Positions 41,840 through 50,451 of a DNA stretch of 64,000 nt are shown here, one piece after another (the first letter of the stretch is position 1; each line of letters starts with the position of its first letter). Source of the stretch: Candidatus Moraniibacteriota bacterium (GTDB lineage: Bacteria > Patescibacteriota > Minisyncoccia > Moranbacterales > UBA1568). A model generated the notes under the pieces. The model was not told where the DNA came from. It searched no databases and saw nothing but the letters and a program-made list of their open reading frames with translations. Made by a program: the position numbers and the translations under genes. The stretch is from NCBI GenBank assembly GCA_016699385.1, contig CP064974.1, positions 131,242 to 195,241 of the forward strand, in the 5' to 3' direction.

Positions 41840-43800
41840 CTACTGTCCGGGCACTTTGTCCACGTAGAAGATAAAGATGGAGTCGCCAGCGCGACCAACG
41901 AGGGAGCTCTGTGGAATCCAGGAATAGTTGATGGATCCTTCCGATTGCGGTTTGTAGATGCTCTCTTGGTAGAATCCGGCAGAGACAGCATACCAGCCGG
42001 GTTCAGGCGTATTGTCGCTGTGCCAAGATTCGTACATGTTGCCTAGGAAATACTCCGGGTTTGATCCGCCGAAATAGTCGACGCGGATTTTTTGTATTGG
42101 CACTGCAGTGGGGAGACTTTTTCCATTCGTGAGCGCTTGACATTCGTTGGAGGCCTCCTGATTGCCGTCTACGCAGAGATTGTAAGTATCTACCCAGTTT
42201 TTCAAGCGCTTCACATCTTGTCCCCAGTCGTAGTTGGAATCGGTGACATATTTGTAGCCTTCGGTGTGGCCACCCATTGCGGTGTTGAAATACGAGAGAT
42301 AGCTCGGGTAGGCAAAGACGGGTATGAGAATAATCCAGCAGGTGAAGATAAAAATGAATCCGCGCATGATGCTCCAGGTTGTGTGATTGCCACGGTGACG
42401 CTTCCAGTAGTCAAATACGGCTTTGGTTCCGAGCACGTAGAGGAAGGGAAGGATTGGGAAGAGATGTCGGAAGCCGATATTGAGATTGCCCGTGATGCTG
42501 AGGTAGCTGTAGAGTGCGACGAAACCAAGCATGGTGTATTGCGCGATATGCGATTGGAAAGAATGTGCAATCGTGCCTGACCATGTTTGTCCGGATTGCC
42601 TGTCTGAGTGCGCGACTTTGGTGATGCGACGGAGTCCGTAGAGAAGTCCAAATCCGAGTATGGCGAGAAACGGAAGTGTTGCCTTCATGAGAAAGACGGC
42701 GGGGAAATAGAGCGCCGTTGCCTGATTGGAAACTGTGCCGAGGAAGTAGTAGGTATTGCCGCCGGAGACGCGCGCAAATACCATGAAGACGCCGAGGAAA
42801 TATTGTGCGAGCGGTTTCATGAGGGGGATATTGCTCATGCTGACGATGGTCGACTCGGCAATACGACCAACAGCGCGGTCATTGGGGAATTGTGCTCGTG
42901 CAATTTCTTGCACAGTTTCCGCGGGCATATTCCAGGTATTCGGAATATAGAGTGTCCAGATGGCGATGAAGCACACGGCGACAGACCCGGCAAACTTGAG
43001 CACAAGAGAAAAGAAGAATTTCCATCGCCATGCTCGTCGATCCGATTCTTCAACCGTATTAGGGCAGGATTTCGAGAGGGCATAGAGGATAACAATGAGC
43101 CCAAAGAGAGGGAAAAGTGTGACGGCAGAAAACTTGGCGAGATTGGCAAGTCCAAGGAAGAGACCGGAGAGGATGGTGTTTTTTGCAGATGGATCTTTGA
43201 GAAATCGGACGAAGAAATAGACGGAGAAGAATACGAATGCTGCAATGCCGATATCGGTCGTGACGAGGTGATCGTGCCCGAGGACATTTGGGTCGGCGGC
43301 ATAGAGGAGGAGTGCAAAGAGTCCCGCTACCGTTCCGGCGAGTTCGCGTGTCCATCGAAAAATGGCAAAACCAAGAAGGAGTGCGATGAGGATAATCGGG
43401 ATGCGCGCAAAGAAGGTGAGTTGGTCGGGATTGTTTCCCATACCAAAGAGGAACTCGTCGCCAAATGTCCATTGGGCAAATCCCCATGCTTGTGCCGGAC
43501 CCTCGGGATGCTGCGCAGGGTCTATTCCTTCGTCGCCTCTGGTCCAGAGTGTGCTTGGGACAGGAAATTGTGGCAATGGAGAAATAAGCAACATAGCGAG
43601 CCCTGAGAGGTCCTTGATAAGCGGAGGATGCTCGGGATTGATGCGCATATCGAGATAGCGTACATAGCTGTAGGATGCGGGGATATGCGCCTTTTCATCC
43701 ATGGTGGTCGAGTCGTCCCAGGCGAGGCGGAGTGAAACAGCAAAAAGGATGATGAGTATTCCCGCGACAAACCACATTGCCTGCTTTTTGAAGAGTTGCA
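41840..43800 (-). CDS. GT-C fold glycosyltransferase, family 39/83-like (PMT/ArnT-type), with a large C-terminal extracytoplasmic domain
   Basis: N-terminal polytopic region with ...RWTRELAGTVAGLFALLLYAADPNVLGHDHLVTTDIGIAAFVFFSVYFFVRFL... typical of PMT_2/ArnT enzymes. Start chosen at MQLFKKQAMWFVAGI. The ORF-track TTG start at 43957 falls inside the palindromic repeat. Confidence 0.6.
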
Positions 43801-43904
43801 TAACTGAATGAATGAAAAGTAAAAGACTGTATCCGCGCGCGTACCTTTTGAGAGTCGGTTTATTTCCTTGGTATTTTAAATGAAAGTGAATTAAGAGGTG
43901 TGTG

Positions 43905-43977
43905 TTTTTCGGAAGAAATTCTTTTTTATTTGTCTCCGCTTGCTCCGAAAGGCACAAAAAATAATTTCTTCCGAAAA
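43905..43977. repeat. ~73-bp imperfect palindromic element (copy 2 of 2)
   Basis: ttttcggaagaaattcttttttatttgtctccgcttgctccgaaaggcacaaaaaataatttcttccgaaaaa. The arms and loop core are conserved with the copy at 12956-13030. Confidence 0.6.
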
Positions 43978-44011
43978 ATGTGAAGCAGTGAAGTTTTCGA
44001 GAGTGTTTTTA

Positions 44012-45628
44012 TTATCTTATCACAATTACCCGGAAATTCTCTGGCGAATTTTCTCGAAAGGGAATAGTTTTAACGGTTGATGCTGGAAATGCTACTTGGA
44101 CTTTCCTGGCAATATCGTCGTCCCATTTTTGTGGGATAATGACGGCGGGTACTTTGAGAGTTGTGTCGGGCATGAGAAATTCCGGCGTGCCTTTTGCTGA
44201 ATCATGAGTAAGGAAGAGAATCGGCTGTGCCGTGACAGGGAGACCATTGTCGATGGTTTTTCCTCCTGCATTTGCGAGGACATAAACATGTGTGTCGCTT
44301 GGCAAGGTATTGATATAGCGCGCCATAGCGGTGAAACCTTCATTGAAGGCACCTCGAGCATTCGCATTGTTTGTAAAGAAGAGGAAATATTTACTGACAT
44401 TCCAAAGAGGAATCAACGCGATAATGGTTCCGACAAGGAGCATCATACCAACTTTTGAGCCGGGCTCGCGATTCCGGAGCCATTCACCAAGCCAGAGAAG
44501 GGGGATACTGGCAATGAGGAAGACAACAGGCTGTGTGCCAATGGCGCGGAGTGCATGTGGGAGACCTTCTTCGGTAAGGAATTCGGGAACAAGCATGGTG
44601 AAAAACCAGCCGAGCAAGAAAATCGAAATCATAAGTTCGCGGTTTCGCTCGGTGTGTTTCCATCGCCTCTTGGCGAGGAGATAGATGCGCATGATGAGGA
44701 AGACAAACCCGGCAAGGAAAAGGGTGCCACTGACGAAATCAAGCAGCGGATAGGGCGGATAGTTATGTCGCCAATTCATATCGCCGACAAAAGTGTATTT
44801 GATGAGAGAGAGGCTCAGTGTTTTGGCAAAGGTGAGTGCGAGGTGACCGTGATTCACGTCGGGTGAGAAAATCGAAATCGATGCCGATCGCGACGAAAGA
44901 TATTCCGGATGTGTTGCAAATTCGTAGATAAGTGGCGCAGCGGTGACGAACATACCAATGGTAAATGCAAGTGCGTGTTTCCAATAGCGCTTCAAAAACT
45001 CTCGGTAAGACGCCATGCACCCGAGCGCTACAATGAAAAGAATGAGTGGTGCGACGCGGAAGGCAATATAGGTATGAAAGCCGATACCGAATATAAGGCC
45101 GCTCACGAGAAACGCAAGCAAGCTTTTGGTGCGAAGACCTCGGAAGAAGAAATAGAATGAGAATGAAAGAATGAGTGGCACCATGATGGCGCGAAATCCA
45201 ATTCTCGAAAAGTTAATCGCCCAATAGGAAAACGTGATGAGAAATGCGGAGAAAAGTGCGACGCTTCGTTTCTGCCAGAGCTCTTTGGCAAGGAGATAGA
45301 CGCCGAGAACCGTTGCTGTGCCGCATATCGCCGAGAAAAGCTTGAGCGCCGCGATATTGACGCCGAAAAAGAGCATTGCAAGCGCCTCAAGGTTGATATA
45401 GAGTCCCTCGCGGCCGTTGTTATTGGGGTAGAAGAGCTGATAGTTGCCGGTCTCATTGGCATGAATCGCATCGACGCCGTTCATTGCTTCGTCTGGATAG
45501 AGCCCAGCTGGGATATGTTCGATATTCCAAAATCGCAGAAAAAATGCGGTCGCGAGCAGAATAATGAGTATAGACGTTGCGAGGAGCTTTTCTGCTGTAA
45601 AAAAATACCCGAAGAAATGTCGTCGCAT
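44012..45628 (-). CDS. GT-C fold glycosyltransferase, family 39-like (dolichyl-phosphate-mannose protein mannosyltransferase/ArnT-type)
   Basis: IPAGLYPDEAMNGVDAIHANETGNYQLFYPNNNGREGLYINLEALAMLFFGVNIAALKLFSAICGTATVLGVYLLAKELW matches the N-terminal signature region of PMT_2/GT39 enzymes, with at least 11 TM segments. Confidence 0.7.
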   Translation of the reverse strand: MRRHFFGYFFTAEKLLATSILIILLATAFFLRFWNIEHIPAGLYPDEAMNGVDAIHANETGNYQLFYPNNNGREGLYINLEALAMLFFGVNIAALKLFSAICGTATVLGVYLLAKELWQKRSVALFSAFLITFSYWAINFSRIGFRAIMVPLILSFSFYFFFRGLRTKSLLAFLVSGLIFGIGFHTYIAFRVAPLILFIVALGCMASYREFLKRYWKHALAFTIGMFVTAAPLIYEFATHPEYLSSRSASISIFSPDVNHGHLALTFAKTLSLSLIKYTFVGDMNWRHNYPPYPLLDFVSGTLFLAGFVFLIMRIYLLAKRRWKHTERNRELMISIFLLGWFFTMLVPEFLTEEGLPHALRAIGTQPVVFLIASIPLLWLGEWLRNREPGSKVGMMLLVGTIIALIPLWNVSKYFLFFTNNANARGAFNEGFTAMARYINTLPSDTHVYVLANAGGKTIDNGLPVTAQPILFLTHDSAKGTPEFLMPDTTLKVPAVIIPQKWDDDIARKVQVAFPASTVKTIPFRENSPENFRVIVIR

Positions 45629-45731
45629 AGTGTTGGTGTTCTATTTGTGTCTTGACTTTTCGCTCGCGCGTCTCGTCGGCGCATTCAAATGATGGTATAA
45701 TTATACCACGAATTATTTTTTTGTTTTCAGT

Positions 45732-48700
45732 ATGTCCATGGAGCAGGAAACTGATATATCCATCGAAAAAAAGGCACGAGGGAAAAAGGGAACTTCCGGA
45801 ACGAACCCGGCAGTTGCTAGTGTGAATGTTTCTAGAAAAGGTGATGTTCCTGTGACTCTTTCGACTTCTGAAAATGAAACACTCAAATACTCCAAGTCAG
45901 TTAATGGTGATATGCAAAAAAAAGAAATTGATCGTGTATTGAAAAACAATGTGCAAATGGAACAAGTGATAGAACTCGAAAATGGAATACAGGATGCTCG
46001 ACGACAGGCAGAAAAAGAAGCTTTGGAAAAGCTTCTTCCGAAGTTGAAAGATTTGTTCCCGAATGATTGCAAACGCTTAGTTCGCAGTGGTAAAGATAAA
46101 ACCGTAGTTGAGTCTGCAATGCCAGTCTCTCAGGATGATCTTATAGAGAAATTTTTAAAAAAACACTCGAGTGAAGTATGTAAAAACCTTTTGAAAGGAA
46201 AATTAGGAAATATAGCAAAGATAATCTTTACTTTCTTCAAAAGTAGTGACTTTACACAATTCCTTGGACTTAAAACTGATAAGGAGAAAGAAATGGAGAA
46301 ACACCGCGTGAAAAAGCTGCTTAAAGAACAAGGTTTAAACGAATGGTCAAATGAAACGGAACCCCAGAAAGCAGGCTCTGGTACTAGGAGAATAGTTGAT
46401 GATTTGGAAGAGATGCGTAAGACGAATGGAGATGATGCGGATATGTCTTCGAATGATGGCGATGCTCAAGGTAAGGATATTGCAGAAGGAGATCAAGAGG
46501 TAAAGAGTGATACGAATGGCGGATACTTTGGGGCGCCAGATTATAAGGAAGCAATTGATGATGTGACGCAAGAAGAACAAGAGAGTATAGAAAAACTCAA
46601 GCAGATTAGGGGTGTAAAAAATTTCGAGGAACTTTTGATGCTTTTGGATGATCCGGACTTCCCGGGTATTCAGGGGTCGAAACAATTTTATTCTGGTGAT
46701 GATTTGAGAAGAATTGTCGCGGGAGCTCGAGAAATGGGGGTGACGAATTTTGTGACGAGTTCTCAAGGGTTGCGTGATACAGTGGAGCGTCTGTTGCATC
46801 AAGAAAAAGAGGGGAAGATTGAAGCTATGAAAGAAGATGGTATTGTGGAAGGTTTTGGAATGGTTGGTGGTGATTCGGGAGTTGAAGATTCCTCGGAAAC
46901 AGGGGATGAAAATGCTCTTGAAGATGAATATTTCCCTCAAGGAGAAGTGTCCACACAAGAACTGCATAGTCGTGCTCAGGAATTGAAGAGTGAAGCTGAT
47001 GCAGCTCGGGACGATTATTTGAAATTAAAGCATCGAAATGAGTCGAAATGGTTGGCGGTCAAGAGAGCACTGTTTGCATCACGCTCCAAGGAACCGCCAA
47101 AGAACCTCGTGGACGAGTTGGCGGTCTTGGAAAGCAACTGGAAATATAAATTGACGCTTTATAAAAATGCTGTTGTTGAACTAGCGAAACGCGAATCGGA
47201 GGATCGAAAACTGGATGGAAAAGGAAAGGGCTTACTCATGGCGGAGGCGATTCGCGGGCTTGATTTTCAAGGATCGATTGAAAATTACAATGCCTGGAAA
47301 GATGCGGCATGGGGAAATAGGGAAGACTCCCGGTTTCTTCGCGGACTCGGTCGTGCGAAGGATTGGACGGAACAATACAGAGCGCTCGATTGGAAGAAGC
47401 GCATGGCGATTTCCGCGCTTGCTTTGGGTACAGGTGTTGCCGGGGTTGCCACGGGGTCTGCGGGATTGGTGGGTCTTGGTGTCGCGGGAAGCACGCTGAT
47501 TCGATTGTTGGGGTCGTACGGCGTTGGACGTGTTTCATATGAGTATCTGGAGGGTCGAGCGAATAGAAAAACGGTTCAGTATCACGAGGCAGCACTCTCG
47601 AATATTGAGAAGATAGAAGATATAGGATTCTTGGAGCAGAGAATGAAATCGTATGCCGATCGTACACAAGAGAATCTCGATCGAGCAATCGCAGGAAATC
47701 GGAAGCGGGTCGTGACGAGTGTTGCACTTGGCACATTGCTCTTTGCTGGTGGATCGGCATTTGCTCATCATGGAGCGATACGGGAAGTTTCGGGAAAGGT
47801 TTCAAGTGGCTTTTCAAAGCTTCTTGAGCAAATGAAAATCATTACCGGAATCGAGGATTTTCACAGTGCTCCAATTTCACTAGATGCCTCTCCTCTCGAT
47901 GTCTACAATGTCCCTCCGAGCGAACTCACCCCTTCTCAACCGAGTGTATCAGTTGATACAGGTGCTTCTCCTGCTCGTATTGCTTCAGGTGTGGGAAGTG
48001 TAGAGGTTTCCCCTTCCAGTGCGACGGAAGTCGTTCGTCAGGTGAGTCCTCCCGCATCAGAAAGTGTGAATGTTGGTGCTGGCATGAGAGAACTGGTTAT
48101 CAATCACCAAGGCGGTTCCATTGAGGAAGTAATGAACAAAGCTGGTATTGACGGGGCGGAGAGTCATCGAGCGTATCTTCGTTTTTTGGAAGAGATGAAA
48201 AAAGCTGGAAAGAATATCGCTCAGCTCGATAACGTTCTTCAAAAGAGCATGCATATAGGGGATGATGTGAGCGTGATTATAAATCCGGATGGCACAGCAA
48301 GAATTTTGCAAATCACCCGAAAGTCGGGAGAGGCGATTCTTCAGAATATCACGGCACCTGGAGCGGGAGATATTGTCCACAGCGCGAGAATTGAACTGAC
48401 TTCTCCTTCACCGCAGTCAAGTGCAGCTCCACTTTCGCGGTCAATTGCGCCGCCAACCCCTTCTCCTGACGTCGCTGTATCGAGTCCTCCTATTCCTGCC
48501 GAATCTATCCCTCAAGTGCCTCTCGAGTCGCTTGATATTTCTGCTCAGGGAAGTGAATATTTGAAGAATGTGGGTACAATAGTGAAAGAGAGGTTGACAT
48601 TTCTTCCTCTCTCTCAGGGACAAAAGGATCTTATAGAAAGTATTTTTGGCGCCAGAGTTCCGGTTTCTGGGACTGAACCGACGCCGAGCTCTGTGCTTTT

Positions 48701-48938
48701 TGTGAAGGATTCGCTTGGGCGAGCACTTTTTCCGTCGGAAGATGTGGCACGTTGGATGCGGAATGATGTTGAATACATAAAAGAGAAAGTGAATAGAGCT
48801 GTGTACGCTGGTATTGTTCGCATCGGTGGCGAATCACTTCGCATTGGCAAAGTAATTTCACCAGGTGAAACCGTCGGAAGCTGGCTTACAAAAATGGCGA
48901 AATATATTCTTACCCATCCGCTTGAGTCGAAAAAATAA
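45732..48938 (+). CDS. Very large (1068 aa) acidic coiled-coil protein with a central pair of TM helices; no known family
   Basis: The N-terminal ~550 aa are Glu/Asp/Lys-rich with predicted coiled coils. Two Gly/Ala-rich hydrophobic helices occur at ~555-600 and ~650-680 (ALALGTGVAGVATGSAGLVGLGVAG; VALGTLLFAGGSAFA). The C-terminal ~370 aa include a Pro/Ser-rich linker. Confidence 0.6.
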   Translation: MSMEQETDISIEKKARGKKGTSGTNPAVASVNVSRKGDVPVTLSTSENETLKYSKSVNGDMQKKEIDRVLKNNVQMEQVIELENGIQDARRQAEKEALEKLLPKLKDLFPNDCKRLVRSGKDKTVVESAMPVSQDDLIEKFLKKHSSEVCKNLLKGKLGNIAKIIFTFFKSSDFTQFLGLKTDKEKEMEKHRVKKLLKEQGLNEWSNETEPQKAGSGTRRIVDDLEEMRKTNGDDADMSSNDGDAQGKDIAEGDQEVKSDTNGGYFGAPDYKEAIDDVTQEEQESIEKLKQIRGVKNFEELLMLLDDPDFPGIQGSKQFYSGDDLRRIVAGAREMGVTNFVTSSQGLRDTVERLLHQEKEGKIEAMKEDGIVEGFGMVGGDSGVEDSSETGDENALEDEYFPQGEVSTQELHSRAQELKSEADAARDDYLKLKHRNESKWLAVKRALFASRSKEPPKNLVDELAVLESNWKYKLTLYKNAVVELAKRESEDRKLDGKGKGLLMAEAIRGLDFQGSIENYNAWKDAAWGNREDSRFLRGLGRAKDWTEQYRALDWKKRMAISALALGTGVAGVATGSAGLVGLGVAGSTLIRLLGSYGVGRVSYEYLEGRANRKTVQYHEAALSNIEKIEDIGFLEQRMKSYADRTQENLDRAIAGNRKRVVTSVALGTLLFAGGSAFAHHGAIREVSGKVSSGFSKLLEQMKIITGIEDFHSAPISLDASPLDVYNVPPSELTPSQPSVSVDTGASPARIASGVGSVEVSPSSATEVVRQVSPPASESVNVGAGMRELVINHQGGSIEEVMNKAGIDGAESHRAYLRFLEEMKKAGKNIAQLDNVLQKSMHIGDDVSVIINPDGTARILQITRKSGEAILQNITAPGAGDIVHSARIELTSPSPQSSAAPLSRSIAPPTPSPDVAVSSPPIPAESIPQVPLESLDISAQGSEYLKNVGTIVKERLTFLPLSQGQKDLIESIFGARVPVSGTEPTPSSVLFVKDSLGRALFPSEDVARWMRNDVEYIKEKVNRAVYAGIVRIGGESLRIGKVISPGETVGSWLTKMAKYILTHPLESKK

Positions 48939-48967
48939 ACATAACTTCTGTCTTTAACTTTTCATCT

Positions 48968-49300
48968 ATGCCACTTTCTATTGAGCAACTTAAAGCCGAC
49001 CTTGTGAAAGAGTTTGGGTTGGAGAATTTGCCAGAAGCAAAGCAACAGGAGTTGCTTGATATGATGACGGAGACGGTGATGAAGCAGATTTTTCTCGCGC
49101 TTGGAGAAAAGATGGGTGATGAGGGTGCGGATGAATTCGATGCGTTGATGAAATCGGGAGATCAACAGAAACTGGAGGCGTTTATCAAACAGTACGTGTC
49201 GAATCCAGATGCGTTTGTAAAAGGAATTGTCACGGAGTTTCGTGATGCAGTGAAGAACGGTGGAATACCGGCAGATTCGATTTCTGGGAAGCCTGCTTGA
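48968..49300 (+). CDS. Hypothetical small acidic protein
   Basis: ORF of 110 aa with net acidic charge and no TM. Tightly spaced after the giant ORF. Confidence 0.45.
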   Translation: MPLSIEQLKADLVKEFGLENLPEAKQQELLDMMTETVMKQIFLALGEKMGDEGADEFDALMKSGDQQKLEAFIKQYVSNPDAFVKGIVTEFRDAVKNGGIPADSISGKPA

Positions 49301-49366
49301 TGTGTGTGATGAACTCTTGCATGAAAGAAAGTGATTCGTGTCTTTTTATTCTAATATCTACACGCT

Positions 49367-49882
49367 ATGTTTTCTGAAGATGGAAATGAGCACATGGACT
49401 CCAGACGCAAAAAGCCTGATGATGCGTTTGATTATCGAGGCACTCCTGAGGATAAAGCTGACTTCGAGGTGTTGGCAGCAGAGAATGCTGCGGAAAGATT
49501 ACGAAGGGAAAGGGTTGAAGAAATTCAGAAGATACAGGAGGATTTTGATATCGATACGGAAAAAATACACCAGGAGCGCATTCATATCGAAGGAAAAAAA
49601 GAGGTTGATATTCTACAAGAGAAGGTTGAGAGGTTGAAAAGAGAATATAATGCTGAAACAACCTTACGGAATAAGTATGTAGATGCCGAAAGAAACCGTG
49701 GATTTCTGAGAAAGGCATGGGAATTTTTCTTTGTTCCGCGCAATGCTTCTACTTCGGATCGACTGAATATCATTGCTTTGGATGAACGTGTTCGGCAAAG
49801 TCTCTCGGCATATCGAGCCGCTAAAAAAGAGCTTGAAGATGCGGAGTCATCAATATCGAAGGATAAAGAATCGCTATCTTGA
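49367..49882 (+). CDS. Hypothetical acidic coiled-coil protein
   Basis: ORF of 171 aa that is Glu/Lys/Arg-rich with heptad periodicity (EKVERLKREYNAETTLRNKYVDAERN). Confidence 0.45.
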   Translation: MFSEDGNEHMDSRRKKPDDAFDYRGTPEDKADFEVLAAENAAERLRRERVEEIQKIQEDFDIDTEKIHQERIHIEGKKEVDILQEKVERLKREYNAETTLRNKYVDAERNRGFLRKAWEFFFVPRNASTSDRLNIIALDERVRQSLSAYRAAKKELEDAESSISKDKESLS

Positions 49883-49957
49883 TTTATGAATACGGGTATG
49901 TGTTCAGGGTTGATGTTTCTCGGAATACAATTGAATGGTCGAGTCTAATTTCTTAGT

Positions 49958-50431
49958 GTGATGATACTTATGCCGGAAGAAAAAACTATTATCGGGGTAC
50001 CGGAGGATGTTGCAGAAAAATTGAAGTCTGATGATGTAGAAAATGTCCGAGATATTTTGGATGTTCCTGGGAGGCAATCAGAGTTGTGGGTGGACGGGAA
50101 AGCAGAGAAGCATGTGGATGCTCAAGAGAGCGCATCGGAGTATGAACGCAAGTTGAGTGAAGTGCAGGCAGCAGCATCTGCCTCGGCGCAGACAACGACC
50201 ACGAAGAATGATGATGTGAAGTTCGATGCCGATGCTATTCGTCATATGGAGGATGCTGCGGGGCGTGTACAAAAGCTGCTTGATCTTGCTCGTGTGAAGG
50301 GGGTAGCGCATGCTGTGTCGGTTGCGGAGCATATCGATGCCTATACTTTGGATATTACGCATGATCGCATTGCTGACGAGCTCTCGGATGAACTTCGTAA
50401 ACAAGGTCTGCTTGATGACGCCAATGAATGA
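49958..50431 (+). CDS. Hypothetical acidic protein
   Basis: ORF of 157 aa that is Asp/Glu-rich. Lies immediately upstream of the ATPase gene. Confidence 0.45.
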   Translation: MMILMPEEKTIIGVPEDVAEKLKSDDVENVRDILDVPGRQSELWVDGKAEKHVDAQESASEYERKLSEVQAAASASAQTTTTKNDDVKFDADAIRHMEDAAGRVQKLLDLARVKGVAHAVSVAEHIDAYTLDITHDRIADELSDELRKQGLLDDANE

Positions 50432-50451
50432 TAGATGGATGATGGGAACGA

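Noticed and set aside
42608-43606. 332-aa Glu/Lys/Arg/Gly-rich ORF on the plus strand
   Set aside because: Antisense to the PMT/ArnT-like membrane glycosyltransferase gene. Its charged composition is what the complementary strand of a hydrophobic-protein gene produces.
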